Assembly (NCBI GenBank): GCA_040751795.1
Contig: JBFMHR010000005.1
Coordinates: 128,001-192,000 of the forward strand
Direction: 5' to 3'
Source of the DNA: Thermoplasmatota archaeon
Lineage (GTDB): Archaea > Thermoplasmatota > Thermoplasmata > UBA10834
DNA: 64,000 bases
Within the stretch, counting starts at the first letter, position 1. Every line of letters begins with the position of its first letter. A program made the translations under genes and the position numbers. The notes below the pieces were generated by a model that was not told where the DNA came from, did not search any database, and saw only the letters and a program-made list of their open reading frames with translations. Shown here piece after piece: positions 29,488-37,854 of the stretch.

Positions 29488-30660
29488 CTGGCGAAGAGGA
29501 ACCTCCTGGTCGTCACCAACAGCTTCCCCGACAAGGAGGACAGGCACATCGGCGGCGTGTTCGTCAAGGACCAGCTGAGGGAGATGGGCTCCTTCTTCGA
29601 CGAGGTGTACGTGGTCTTCCCCTCCACCCTCGGGCTGGGGCACGAGCCCAGGGAGGAGTTCAGGGACTACACCTTCGGCAACGTGCGGGTGTTCTTCCTG
29701 GCCTACCTCAACGTCCCCCTGTTCCTGAAGGTGTTCAGGGGCGGGTTCTCATACATGATGGCCGGGGCGATAGACCGGCTGGTGAAGCGCGAGAGGCTGG
29801 AGTTCGACCTGATCCACGCGCACTTCACGTGGCCGTCCGGGGCGGCGGGGGCGCGGCTCAAGCGCAAGCATGGCGTCCCGCTGGTGGTCACCGAGCACAC
29901 ATCGCTGTCGCTGAGGGCCGCCATCGCCGCGAAGGACCCTCAGTACCTGGAGACATGGGCGGCCAGCGACGCGGTCGTGCGCAACCGCAGGGGGGACATC
30001 CAGGACCTGGTCTCCGCGGGCGTCCCCGAGGAGAAGGTCCGCTACATCCCCAACGGGTTCGACGCGGATAGGTTCAGGCCGGTCGACAGGGCGGCGAGCA
30101 GGGAGAGGCTCGGCATCCCACAGGACGGGAAGGTCCTGGTCAGCATAGGCGGGCTCGAGGACGTCAAGGGCCACAGGCACCTGGTCGACGCCATGGCCGA
30201 GGTCTCGAAGGCCCGCGGGGACGTCACGTGCTACATCATCGGCGAGGGGGAGCTGCACAGCGCCCTGAAGCGGCAGGCGGGGTCGCTGGGCCTGGCCGGG
30301 AAGGTCGTCCTCGCGGGGAGGAAGCCCCACGGCGAGCTCCCCTACTGGGTCAACGCCGCCGACCTGGTCGTCCACTCCAGCCTCTCCGAGAGCGGCCCGA
30401 TGGTCATGCTCGAGGCGCTGGGCTGCGGCAGGCCGTTCATAGGCACGGAGGTCGGCTCCGTCCCCGAGGTCATAACATCCGACGACTACGGCCTGGTTTG
30501 CAGGCCGGGCGACCCCGCGGCCCTCGCGCGGACAGTCCTCGCAGGGCTGGAGAAGCAGTGGGACTCCGCGAAGATCGTCGCCCACTCGAAGCAGTTCTCG
30601 TCCGAGTGGGTCTCCAAGGAGCTGGTCGCCCTGTACACCGAGCTGCTCGAGGGCGGCTAG
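29488..30660 (+). CDS. Glycosyltransferase family 4 (TuaC-like); probable CTG start
   Basis: LLVVTNSFP, DLIHAHF.WP.G and SESGPMVMLEALGCG motifs. Confidence 0.85.
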   Translation: MAKRNLLVVTNSFPDKEDRHIGGVFVKDQLREMGSFFDEVYVVFPSTLGLGHEPREEFRDYTFGNVRVFFLAYLNVPLFLKVFRGGFSYMMAGAIDRLVKRERLEFDLIHAHFTWPSGAAGARLKRKHGVPLVVTEHTSLSLRAAIAAKDPQYLETWAASDAVVRNRRGDIQDLVSAGVPEEKVRYIPNGFDADRFRPVDRAASRERLGIPQDGKVLVSIGGLEDVKGHRHLVDAMAEVSKARGDVTCYIIGEGELHSALKRQAGSLGLAGKVVLAGRKPHGELPYWVNAADLVVHSSLSESGPMVMLEALGCGRPFIGTEVGSVPEVITSDDYGLVCRPGDPAALARTVLAGLEKQWDSAKIVAHSKQFSSEWVSKELVALYTELLEGG

Positions 30661-31739
30661 CCCAGCCTCTTCTCGACCAGCCTGGCTATCCTCTCCGAGG
30701 CCTTCCCGTTCCCGTAGAACCTCAGCGGGTCGACCTTCCTGGGCTCCTTCTTCAGGAGCCTCTTCACGGCGCCCCTGACCTTGACGGGGTCCATCCCGGC
30801 GACGATGTTCCAGCCCGCCTTCGTGGTCTCGACCCACTCGGTCACGCCCCTCAGCGTGACGGCGGGCGTGCCGAGCAGGAAGGCCTCCTTCTGGAGCCCC
30901 CCGCTGTCGGTCATGACCAGCTTCGCGTCGCTGGCGAGCCTCAGGCTCGTGAGGTAGCTCACCGGCTTCACGATGTGCAGCCCCCGCACCGACTCCATCT
31001 TCTTCAGGAGCTTGGCGGCCTCCAGGTTCCTCCTCGTGTGCGGGTGCATCGGGAAGACGACATCGAGCCCGTGCTCGTCGGGGAAGCGGGAGAGCATCTG
31101 GACGACGGTCCTGAGGCTCCTCGGGTCGTCGACGTTCTCCGCCCTGTGGACCGTGACATAGGCGTACCCCTTCCTCTCGAGGTCCATGCCCGTGTCGGTC
31201 CTCCGGATCCGGTCCCTGAGCATGACGATGTTGTCGGCCATGACGTCGCCCGTGAGGTGCACGATGTCCTCGTCCACGTCCTCCCTCAGGAGGTTGTCCC
31301 TGCCGGCCTCGGTCGGCGCGAAGAGCATCCTGGACATGTGGTCCACGAGCACCCGGTTGATCTCCTCGGGCATGTAGGGCAGGCGGCTCCTGAGGCCCGC
31401 CTCGACGTGGCCGACCTCCACGCCCATCTTGACCGCGGCCAGGGCCCCTGCGAGCGCACTGTTGGTGTCCCCGGGCACGATGACCAGCCTCGAGCCCCTG
31501 AGGGCCTCCTCCAGCCTGATGAGCATCGTGCCGGTCATCCCCGCGTGGGTGCCGCTCCCGACGCCCAGGTGCTTCTCCGGCCTGGGCAGCCGCAGCTCGT
31601 CGAAGAACACCTGGTCCATCTCGAAGTCGTAGTGTTGGCCGGTGTGGATGATCGAGAAATCGATGCGTTTCGAGCGGAACGCCTTGACGAGGGAAGCGAG
31701 CTTGATGACCTGCGGCCTCGTCCCGACGACTATCCTCAC
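30657..31739 (-). CDS. wecB: UDP-N-acetylglucosamine 2-epimerase (non-hydrolysing)
   Basis: GTRPQ.IK, HTGQHYD, GDT, HVEAGLRS, PEE.NR and TDSGGLQKEA motifs. Confidence 0.93.
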   Translation of the reverse strand: MRIVVGTRPQVIKLASLVKAFRSKRIDFSIIHTGQHYDFEMDQVFFDELRLPRPEKHLGVGSGTHAGMTGTMLIRLEEALRGSRLVIVPGDTNSALAGALAAVKMGVEVGHVEAGLRSRLPYMPEEINRVLVDHMSRMLFAPTEAGRDNLLREDVDEDIVHLTGDVMADNIVMLRDRIRRTDTGMDLERKGYAYVTVHRAENVDDPRSLRTVVQMLSRFPDEHGLDVVFPMHPHTRRNLEAAKLLKKMESVRGLHIVKPVSYLTSLRLASDAKLVMTDSGGLQKEAFLLGTPAVTLRGVTEWVETTKAGWNIVAGMDPVKVRGAVKRLLKKEPRKVDPLRFYGNGKASERIARLVEKRLG

Positions 31740-31761
31740 TTCAGCCAGCGCGCTCCCCCCG

Positions 31762-32730
31762 TCAGGCGCGCGCCTTGGCGGCCTTCCCCTTCTTCAGGTG
31801 CTCCATGACGACGATCCGGGCGGCCTCGCGGATGGCCTCCTCGCTCGTGTGGCCCGCCCTCCACCCCAGCTCCGCCATCTTGGAGGTCGCAAGGAGGAAC
31901 CTGGGGACGTCGCCCTTCCAGCCGCCCTCGCCGCCTGTGTACCTGACCTTCACGCCCTTCAGCTTGGTCTCCTCGACGAGTATCTCGACGATCCTCTTGA
32001 CCGCTATCTGGTCGTCGGCCCCGAGGTTGAAGTAGTTGAGCGTGTCCTTGGCGTGCTGGAAGCCGTGGACCATGGCGTCCGCGCACTCCTCGACCAGGAG
32101 GTAGGACTTCATCTGCTTCCCGTCGCCCAGGACCTCGAGCGTCGTCGGGTCTCGGTTGAGCTTCTGGACGAGGTCGTAGAGGATGCCGTGGGTCGCCCTG
32201 TGGCCTATGATGTTGGCGAACCTGTAGATGTAGCCCTTGATGCCGTAGAGCTCGGCGTAGGCGGAGACCATCGCCTCGCACGCCAGCTTCGAGGCGCCGT
32301 AGAGGGATATGGGCAGCAGGGGTCCGTAGTCCTCGGGCGTGGGCACGGTCCTGGCCCTCCCGTAGACCGTGGACGTGGACGAGAAGACGAAGCTCTGCAC
32401 GTCGGTCCTCCGGGCGCACTCGAGGGCGTTGAACGTCGCGAATGTGTTCTGCTCCAGGTCGGTCATGGTCGACTCGGTGCCCTTGCGTATGTCGGGGTTG
32501 GCGGCCATGTGCCAGACGGAGGTGTGACCCCTCATCTCCTTGACAAGTGACTCGACGTCGAGGAGGTCGGCCTTGACGAACCTGAACCCCTTGTCGCCGA
32601 TGTGGTGCTGGACGAACTCCTTCCTGCCGGTGCTGAGGTTGTCGTAGACCGTGACGCTGTTGTTCGGCGCGAGCCTGTCCACGACCCAGCTCCCTATGAA
32701 TCCCGCCCCTCCGGTGACGAAGTAGTCCAT
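31762..32730 (-). CDS. NAD-dependent epimerase/dehydratase (GalE-like extended SDR)
   Basis: GGAGFIG, AANPD, YGASK and GW.GDV motifs. Confidence 0.88.
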   Translation of the reverse strand: MDYFVTGGAGFIGSWVVDRLAPNNSVTVYDNLSTGRKEFVQHHIGDKGFRFVKADLLDVESLVKEMRGHTSVWHMAANPDIRKGTESTMTDLEQNTFATFNALECARRTDVQSFVFSSTSTVYGRARTVPTPEDYGPLLPISLYGASKLACEAMVSAYAELYGIKGYIYRFANIIGHRATHGILYDLVQKLNRDPTTLEVLGDGKQMKSYLLVEECADAMVHGFQHAKDTLNYFNLGADDQIAVKRIVEILVEETKLKGVKVRYTGGEGGWKGDVPRFLLATSKMAELGWRAGHTSEEAIREAARIVVMEHLKKGKAAKARA

Positions 32731-32836
32731 CGCCTGCACACCCTGTCGCTGTGGTTGCGGATTGCACCGGGGCCGTATTAAGGTTTATCAGACAGCGGCG
32801 CCGGCCCCATTGCCGTCCATGCGGGCCGCAGCGCCA

Positions 32837-33151
32837 CTAGAGCACGGTGACCTTCAGCTTGTCCATGTCGAAGACCGGGTCCTTCTTCTTGTTGGGGTTG
32901 GTCACGGCCATGAACAGCGTGCGCACGAAGGAGGACATGTTGACCTCGACGACCCTCTTCGATGATTTCAGCTTGTGCCGGTCGTACTCGTCGGCGAAAG
33001 ACCACGTGCACGACTTCACACCGTCGAAGTCCACCTCGACGGCGTCGCCGGGGAGCCTCTCGATCATGTCGAAGAGCTCCGCTGCGGAGGCCCTCATCAT
33101 GAGGTCCTCGGAGATTACCGATGACAAACGAATCTGTTCAGGTGAAGCCGT
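32837..33151 (-). CDS. STAS-like (DUF4325-type) small protein; probable ACG (or downstream TTG) start
   Basis: L..R.SA..LF and VEVDFDGVKSCTWSFADEY motifs; overlaps the end of the HATPase gene. Confidence 0.75.
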   Translation of the reverse strand, partial: TASPEQIRLSSVISEDLMMRASAAELFDMIERLPGDAVEVDFDGVKSCTWSFADEYDRHKLKSSKRVVEVNMSSFVRTLFMAVTNPNKKKDPVFDMDKLKVTVL

Positions 33152-33905
33152 AGATGTCCACCTCCCTCTCCTGGAGAGGAATCCGCACGGATACCAGTGT
33201 TCCTTCAAGGTGATAAAACTTGTCCTCAATACTGTACCCCTCGAGAGTGTCCTTACCTTCAGCGCCGCCTCCCCCGATCTCCACTGCACCGCGGCCGCTC
33301 ACAGTGAGGATCCTGCCCCGGAGCCCTCGAACGCATATCCTCACACTGGTCCGCAGCCCGAATCCCCTTCTCCCTTCCCTCTTGGACGACAGGCCATTCA
33401 TGGCCATCGCGATGGCTTCGATGTCGTCGTCGAAGATGATTCCGGATCTTCTGAGGCTGCCCGCCACCGTGATGCCATCATCGAGGACCGACATCTCCAC
33501 GAACCCCGCCCCGCGGGACTCCTGGGCCATGATGAACGCATTGTCTGAGTCCGAATGGTCGTGCACGTTCTGCATCAGCTCACCCATCAAATAGATGAAT
33601 GCATTCCTCCCCCCATACCCCCTTCCCCATTGGACTTGATCGGCTATGGCTGTACCCACTTCATTGATGGCCTGAGTGTCGCCCTGGAGCCTGAGAATCG
33701 AGCTGCTCGGCCCGCCGCACAGCCCGCCTTCCACGACGCGCGCAGCCTCGTCCATGTGCGCTTTCCTGAGGAAGTCGGCCAGCGGAAGGAGGGTGGTGGG
33801 GTTGGCCCCCGTGAGATCTCTCATCTCGCACAAGCCGGAGGACCGCGCAATCGCCCTGGTCTCGCAGAACCTCCTGTAGTCGGGCCATATCCTGTCGATC
33901 TCCAT
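33138..33905 (-). CDS. Stand-alone HATPase_c (GHKL) protein, RsbW/anti-sigma kinase-like
   Basis: N box ELMQNVHDHS, G1 box DDGITV, G2 box GLSSK...RGFGL, G3 box GTLV; no HisKA domain visible. Confidence 0.8.
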   Translation of the reverse strand: MEIDRIWPDYRRFCETRAIARSSGLCEMRDLTGANPTTLLPLADFLRKAHMDEAARVVEGGLCGGPSSSILRLQGDTQAINEVGTAIADQVQWGRGYGGRNAFIYLMGELMQNVHDHSDSDNAFIMAQESRGAGFVEMSVLDDGITVAGSLRRSGIIFDDDIEAIAMAMNGLSSKREGRRGFGLRTSVRICVRGLRGRILTVSGRGAVEIGGGGAEGKDTLEGYSIEDKFYHLEGTLVSVRIPLQEREVDIYGFT

Positions 33906-34056
33906 GCCAGATGACTTGCCCACGCCGGTTGACGATTCTTCTCACTGCATGCATGCTGACTGTGGGCCTCGTGGGCCCCGGCGCCCCCCGGGTCAATGGA
34001 GGTCGGGCGATCCCGCCTCGCAAACCGTTATCATGCCCTACCATCATCATCGGCCG

Positions 34057-35139
34057 ATGACCGTCACCGTCGTCGTCGGCACGAGGCCCGAGATCATCAA
34101 GATGGCCCCCCTCTACTTCGCCCTGAGGAGGGCCAGGCTGAGGCCGCGGCTCGTCCACTCCGGTCAGCACTACGACTACCGGATGTCGCAGATCTTCTTC
34201 GAGGAGCTGGGCCTCCCCGAGCCCGACTCGTTCCTCGGCGTGGGCTCTGGCACGCCCGGGCAGCAGACCGGCGACGCCATCATCAAGTTCGAGGGGGAGT
34301 TCACCTCCCACCGCCCGGACTGCGTCCTGGTCGAGGGGGACACCAACACCGTGCTCGCCGGCGCCGTCTCATCCGTCAAGCTGGGCATCCCCGTGGGGCA
34401 CGTCGAGGCCGGCCTCAGGAGCTACGACCTCAGGATGCCGGAGGAGACGAACAGGAGGCTCACGGACCACATATCCGCGTACCTGTACGCGCCCACGAAG
34501 GACTCGGCCGACATACTGAGGAGGGAGCACGTCTGGGGCAGGGTGCACAGGACCGGCAACACGGTCATCGACGCGACGGTCCAGTACATGCCCAAGGCGC
34601 TGAGGCGGTCGGGGATCATGGACTCGGTCCCGTGGGACGAGTTCGCCCTCGCGACGCTGCACAGGGCGGAGAACGTCGACGACCCCGCGACGCTCAGGGG
34701 GATGGTCGAGGTCCTGGAGAAGGCTCCCCTGCCCGTGGTCCTCCCGCTGCACCCGAGGACCGACCTGCGGCTCAGGGAGGGCGGCCTCAAGGCGCGCGTC
34801 GAGTCGTCGGAGAACATCCGGCTCCTCCCGCCGACCGGCTACCTAGACACCTTGGCGCTGATGAGGCGCGCATCCTTCATATTGACGGATTCCGGTGGCA
34901 TCCAAGAAGAGGCGACCTCTCCTGTGTTGAAGAAAAGGGTGTTCGTGATGAGACTCTCGACCGAGCGCCCCGAGGCCGTGAGGGCCGGCTACTGCACCGT
35001 CGTCGGGACCGAGCCCCGCGCGGTCCTGCGCGCGCTCGAGGCGCACATGAGGAGCCCGAGGACGCGGTTCGCCCCCTGCCCGTACGGGAAGGGCGACGCG
35101 GCGGAGAGGATCGCCTCCGCCCTCAGGGAGGCCCTCTGA
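34057..35139 (+). CDS. wecB: UDP-N-acetylglucosamine 2-epimerase, second copy
   Basis: GTRPEIIK, HSGQHYD, EGDT, HVEAGLRS and TDSGGIQEEA motifs. Confidence 0.93.
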   Translation: MTVTVVVGTRPEIIKMAPLYFALRRARLRPRLVHSGQHYDYRMSQIFFEELGLPEPDSFLGVGSGTPGQQTGDAIIKFEGEFTSHRPDCVLVEGDTNTVLAGAVSSVKLGIPVGHVEAGLRSYDLRMPEETNRRLTDHISAYLYAPTKDSADILRREHVWGRVHRTGNTVIDATVQYMPKALRRSGIMDSVPWDEFALATLHRAENVDDPATLRGMVEVLEKAPLPVVLPLHPRTDLRLREGGLKARVESSENIRLLPPTGYLDTLALMRRASFILTDSGGIQEEATSPVLKKRVFVMRLSTERPEAVRAGYCTVVGTEPRAVLRALEAHMRSPRTRFAPCPYGKGDAAERIASALREAL

Positions 35140-35205
35140 GGCAGCCGAGAACCCTCATATAGTGCGCAGCGTGATGGCCCCCACGCCCGAGGAGGGACGC
35201 GCTGA

Positions 35206-35709
35206 ATGGCGTTCGATGTCAAGAAGTGGTTCATGCTCCAGATGTGGAGGGTGCAGCAGATCGCGGCCATACTTTCCCTGGTGATGCTGGCCATCACCGA
35301 CGCCCTCCTGATATACGACAAGGTCAGCTGGCGCGAGGGCATATTCTCGACCCCCTACACCGGCGCCACGGTCATACTCCTCCTCATCGCCCTCGCCATA
35401 TGGGTGATATCGATCGTCTGGGACACGCGCCTCAAGATGTGGCGCGAGCAGATGACCGTCCTCGTGGAGAAGAACCCCTTCAACAAGGAGCGCATGGCGC
35501 CCAAGGAGATCGTCATGTACTCCCTGATGTGGCTCCCGATGCTCGAGAGCATCGGCAGGTCGGACCCGAAGGTCAGGGACGCCGCCGTGGCCCTCCGCGA
35601 GTGGGTCAACAAGGCCGCCAAGGAGGACCCCGCCATATCGAGGGACGTGGGCGAGATACTCAAGTTCATCGACGTCAAGGAGACCAAGGTGGTCGAGATC
35701 AGGAAGTGA
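35206..35709 (+). CDS. Two-TM membrane protein, unknown function
   Basis: GGAGG SD, upstream CTCATATA box, two TM helices, host-like codon usage. Confidence 0.75.
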   Translation: MAFDVKKWFMLQMWRVQQIAAILSLVMLAITDALLIYDKVSWREGIFSTPYTGATVILLLIALAIWVISIVWDTRLKMWREQMTVLVEKNPFNKERMAPKEIVMYSLMWLPMLESIGRSDPKVRDAAVALREWVNKAAKEDPAISRDVGEILKFIDVKETKVVEIRK

Positions 35710-35711
35710 AC

Positions 35712-36506
35712 CTACTTCCTCCTCTTCCTCAAGGCGCAGTACAGAGGGCTGTAGACCAGCCCGGCGCGCTCCATGAAGCTCTCGAACGCTATCCTGCCAG
35801 GGGGCCCTCCCCTGAGCACCCTCTGCAGGCGCCAGCCGTCGCTCTTGATGAAGTTCGCCGCCAGCGAGGGGTGCTTCCGTATGAGGGGGTAGTAGGTCAG
35901 GGCGTACAGGACCTTGTTCCTGATCCACCTCTCCGGGTAGTCGCGCGCGATGTCCAGGCCGATGGCCTCCGTCTCGTAGAGCCCTGAGCCGTGCACCATC
36001 CTGCCCCTCCCGGCCTTCCGCGCCCTGAGGGTTATGTCGAGGTCGTCGCCGCCTGTGATCTCGGGGTCGTAGCCCCCGAGCGTCCCGAGGAAGAAATCCC
36101 GCCTGAAGATCCAGGCGTAGTGGGTCTCCGCGGCCGCGCCCCATCCGCCCTGCATGTAGTCCAGGCCCTCCGCGGCCAGCCTCCGGAACATCGCCATGTC
36201 GAACGACCGGATGACGACGTCGTCGTCGCAGATGCAGACCCAGTCCGACGCGGCGAGCTCCGCGCCTCGGTTCCTGGCGGCGAGGCGGTCCAGCTCCTCG
36301 AACACATGCCTCGCACCGTGCCTCTCGCAGAGCGCGCGGACCTGCTCCCGCTCCCTCCTGGAGGAGTCCACGACGATGACCTCGTCGAACCCCAGGGACG
36401 CGTTCGCGGGGAGCGTCCTGGAGAGGTGGTCGAGCTTGTCCATCGTCGGGACGACCAGCGCGACCGTCGTCCGCCCGCCCGCCGCCTCAGCGCCCATAGC
36501 GTCCAT
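35712..36506 (-). CDS. Glycosyltransferase family 2
   Basis: VVPT, EVIVVD, ARNRG, CDDD (DXD) and GGDDLD motifs. Confidence 0.85.
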   Translation of the reverse strand: MDAMGAEAAGGRTTVALVVPTMDKLDHLSRTLPANASLGFDEVIVVDSSRREREQVRALCERHGARHVFEELDRLAARNRGAELAASDWVCICDDDVVIRSFDMAMFRRLAAEGLDYMQGGWGAAAETHYAWIFRRDFFLGTLGGYDPEITGGDDLDITLRARKAGRGRMVHGSGLYETEAIGLDIARDYPERWIRNKVLYALTYYPLIRKHPSLAANFIKSDGWRLQRVLRGGPPGRIAFESFMERAGLVYSPLYCALRKRRK

Positions 36507-36561
36507 GTAAGGCACCAGGGGGTTTGAAATAACTTGGTGTCGGATACCGATGCGGGCACAC

Positions 36562-37848
36562 ATGGCGGACATACGCGTGAGGCTCGGGCTGACCCCTGGG
36601 CGCACACACTCGCTCTACACGGAGCTCCTCGAGGCCCCGCCCGAGGGCGTGGAGTACCTGACCGAGGGGCCGGGGGCCGGCCCATCCGCCCCAGGCGCCA
36701 CGGCGGGGCGGCCGCTGTCCCACAGGCTGAGGAGGAGCCCCATCGTGCGCTCCATCGCCGACCCGGTGTTCGCGTCGGCGCTCCCTACAGACCGCGGGGC
36801 GAGCAGGCTCGGGATGGCCGCGGCGAGGGCCATGGTCTCCCTCGCGGGCGGGAAGAACATGCCCGCCAGGGACTTCGACTTGTTCCACTCGGTCGGGGCC
36901 GGCATGGTCGAGAACATCCCGTGGATCGTGGAGAACGACGTCCGCTGGGTGGTCGACATGGAGCACGTGGCCTCCCTCTTCGGGTACTACGGCGACTGGC
37001 GCAGGAGGATGTACAGGGCCTCCCCCAAGCGGGTCCTGACGAGGCAGCTCCGCTCCCGCTACTGCAGGAGGGTGCTGCCCTGGACCCGCGCGGCCAAGAG
37101 GACCGTCGACGAGGTCCTGGGCGACGAGGTCGTCTCCGCGAAGACGGAGGTCCTCCCGCTCGCCGTCCGGCCGGCGCCCCCGCGGCCGGAGGACGTCCGG
37201 AGGGGCGACCGGGTGCGGATACTCTTCATGGGCAGCTCCAACTTCAGGGGCGAGTTCTGGTCCAAGGGGGGGCTGGAGGTCCTCGAGTCGTACAGGCGGC
37301 TCAGGGAGAGGCTGGGCGACTCGGTGGAGCTGGCCTTCAGGTGCTGGATGCCAGAAGAGCTCAGGGCGGAGTACGGGTCCCTCCCGGGGCTGGTGCAGAC
37401 GACCGACGTGGTCCCCAGGGAGGAGCTCGACAGGCTGTTCTGGTCCTCCGACGTCTTCCTCTTCCCGTCCCACAACACCCCGGGCATGGCGTTCCTGGAG
37501 GCGATGAGGTTCGGCCTCCCCATCGTGGGGAAGCGGATATGGGCGAACGGGGAGATCGTCGAGGACGGCGTCACCGGGTTCCTCGTGGAGCCGTCCGAGG
37601 GCATACCGTACTACCTCCCCGGCTTCGTCCCCAACTGGAGCATGGACTCCGGCCCGTTCCTCCCGCACATGAGGCGGAGGGACGACAGGGTCATAATGGA
37701 CCTCACGGACCGGCTGGAGAGGCTCGCGACGGAGCCCTCCCTGAGGCGCTCGATGGGCCAGAGGGCCCGCGAGGCGGTCGAGGACGGCCCGTTCTCCATA
37801 TCGAAGCGCAACGCGCGGCTCAGGAAGGTCTACGAGGAGTCGCTCTAG
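36562..37848 (+). CDS. Glycosyltransferase family 4 (paralog of 5655-6935)
   Basis: ILFMG...KGG and FPSHNTPGMAFLEAM.GLP motifs; alternative start 36550. Confidence 0.83.
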   Translation: MADIRVRLGLTPGRTHSLYTELLEAPPEGVEYLTEGPGAGPSAPGATAGRPLSHRLRRSPIVRSIADPVFASALPTDRGASRLGMAAARAMVSLAGGKNMPARDFDLFHSVGAGMVENIPWIVENDVRWVVDMEHVASLFGYYGDWRRRMYRASPKRVLTRQLRSRYCRRVLPWTRAAKRTVDEVLGDEVVSAKTEVLPLAVRPAPPRPEDVRRGDRVRILFMGSSNFRGEFWSKGGLEVLESYRRLRERLGDSVELAFRCWMPEELRAEYGSLPGLVQTTDVVPREELDRLFWSSDVFLFPSHNTPGMAFLEAMRFGLPIVGKRIWANGEIVEDGVTGFLVEPSEGIPYYLPGFVPNWSMDSGPFLPHMRRRDDRVIMDLTDRLERLATEPSLRRSMGQRAREAVEDGPFSISKRNARLRKVYEESL

Positions 37849-37854
37849 CGCCGC

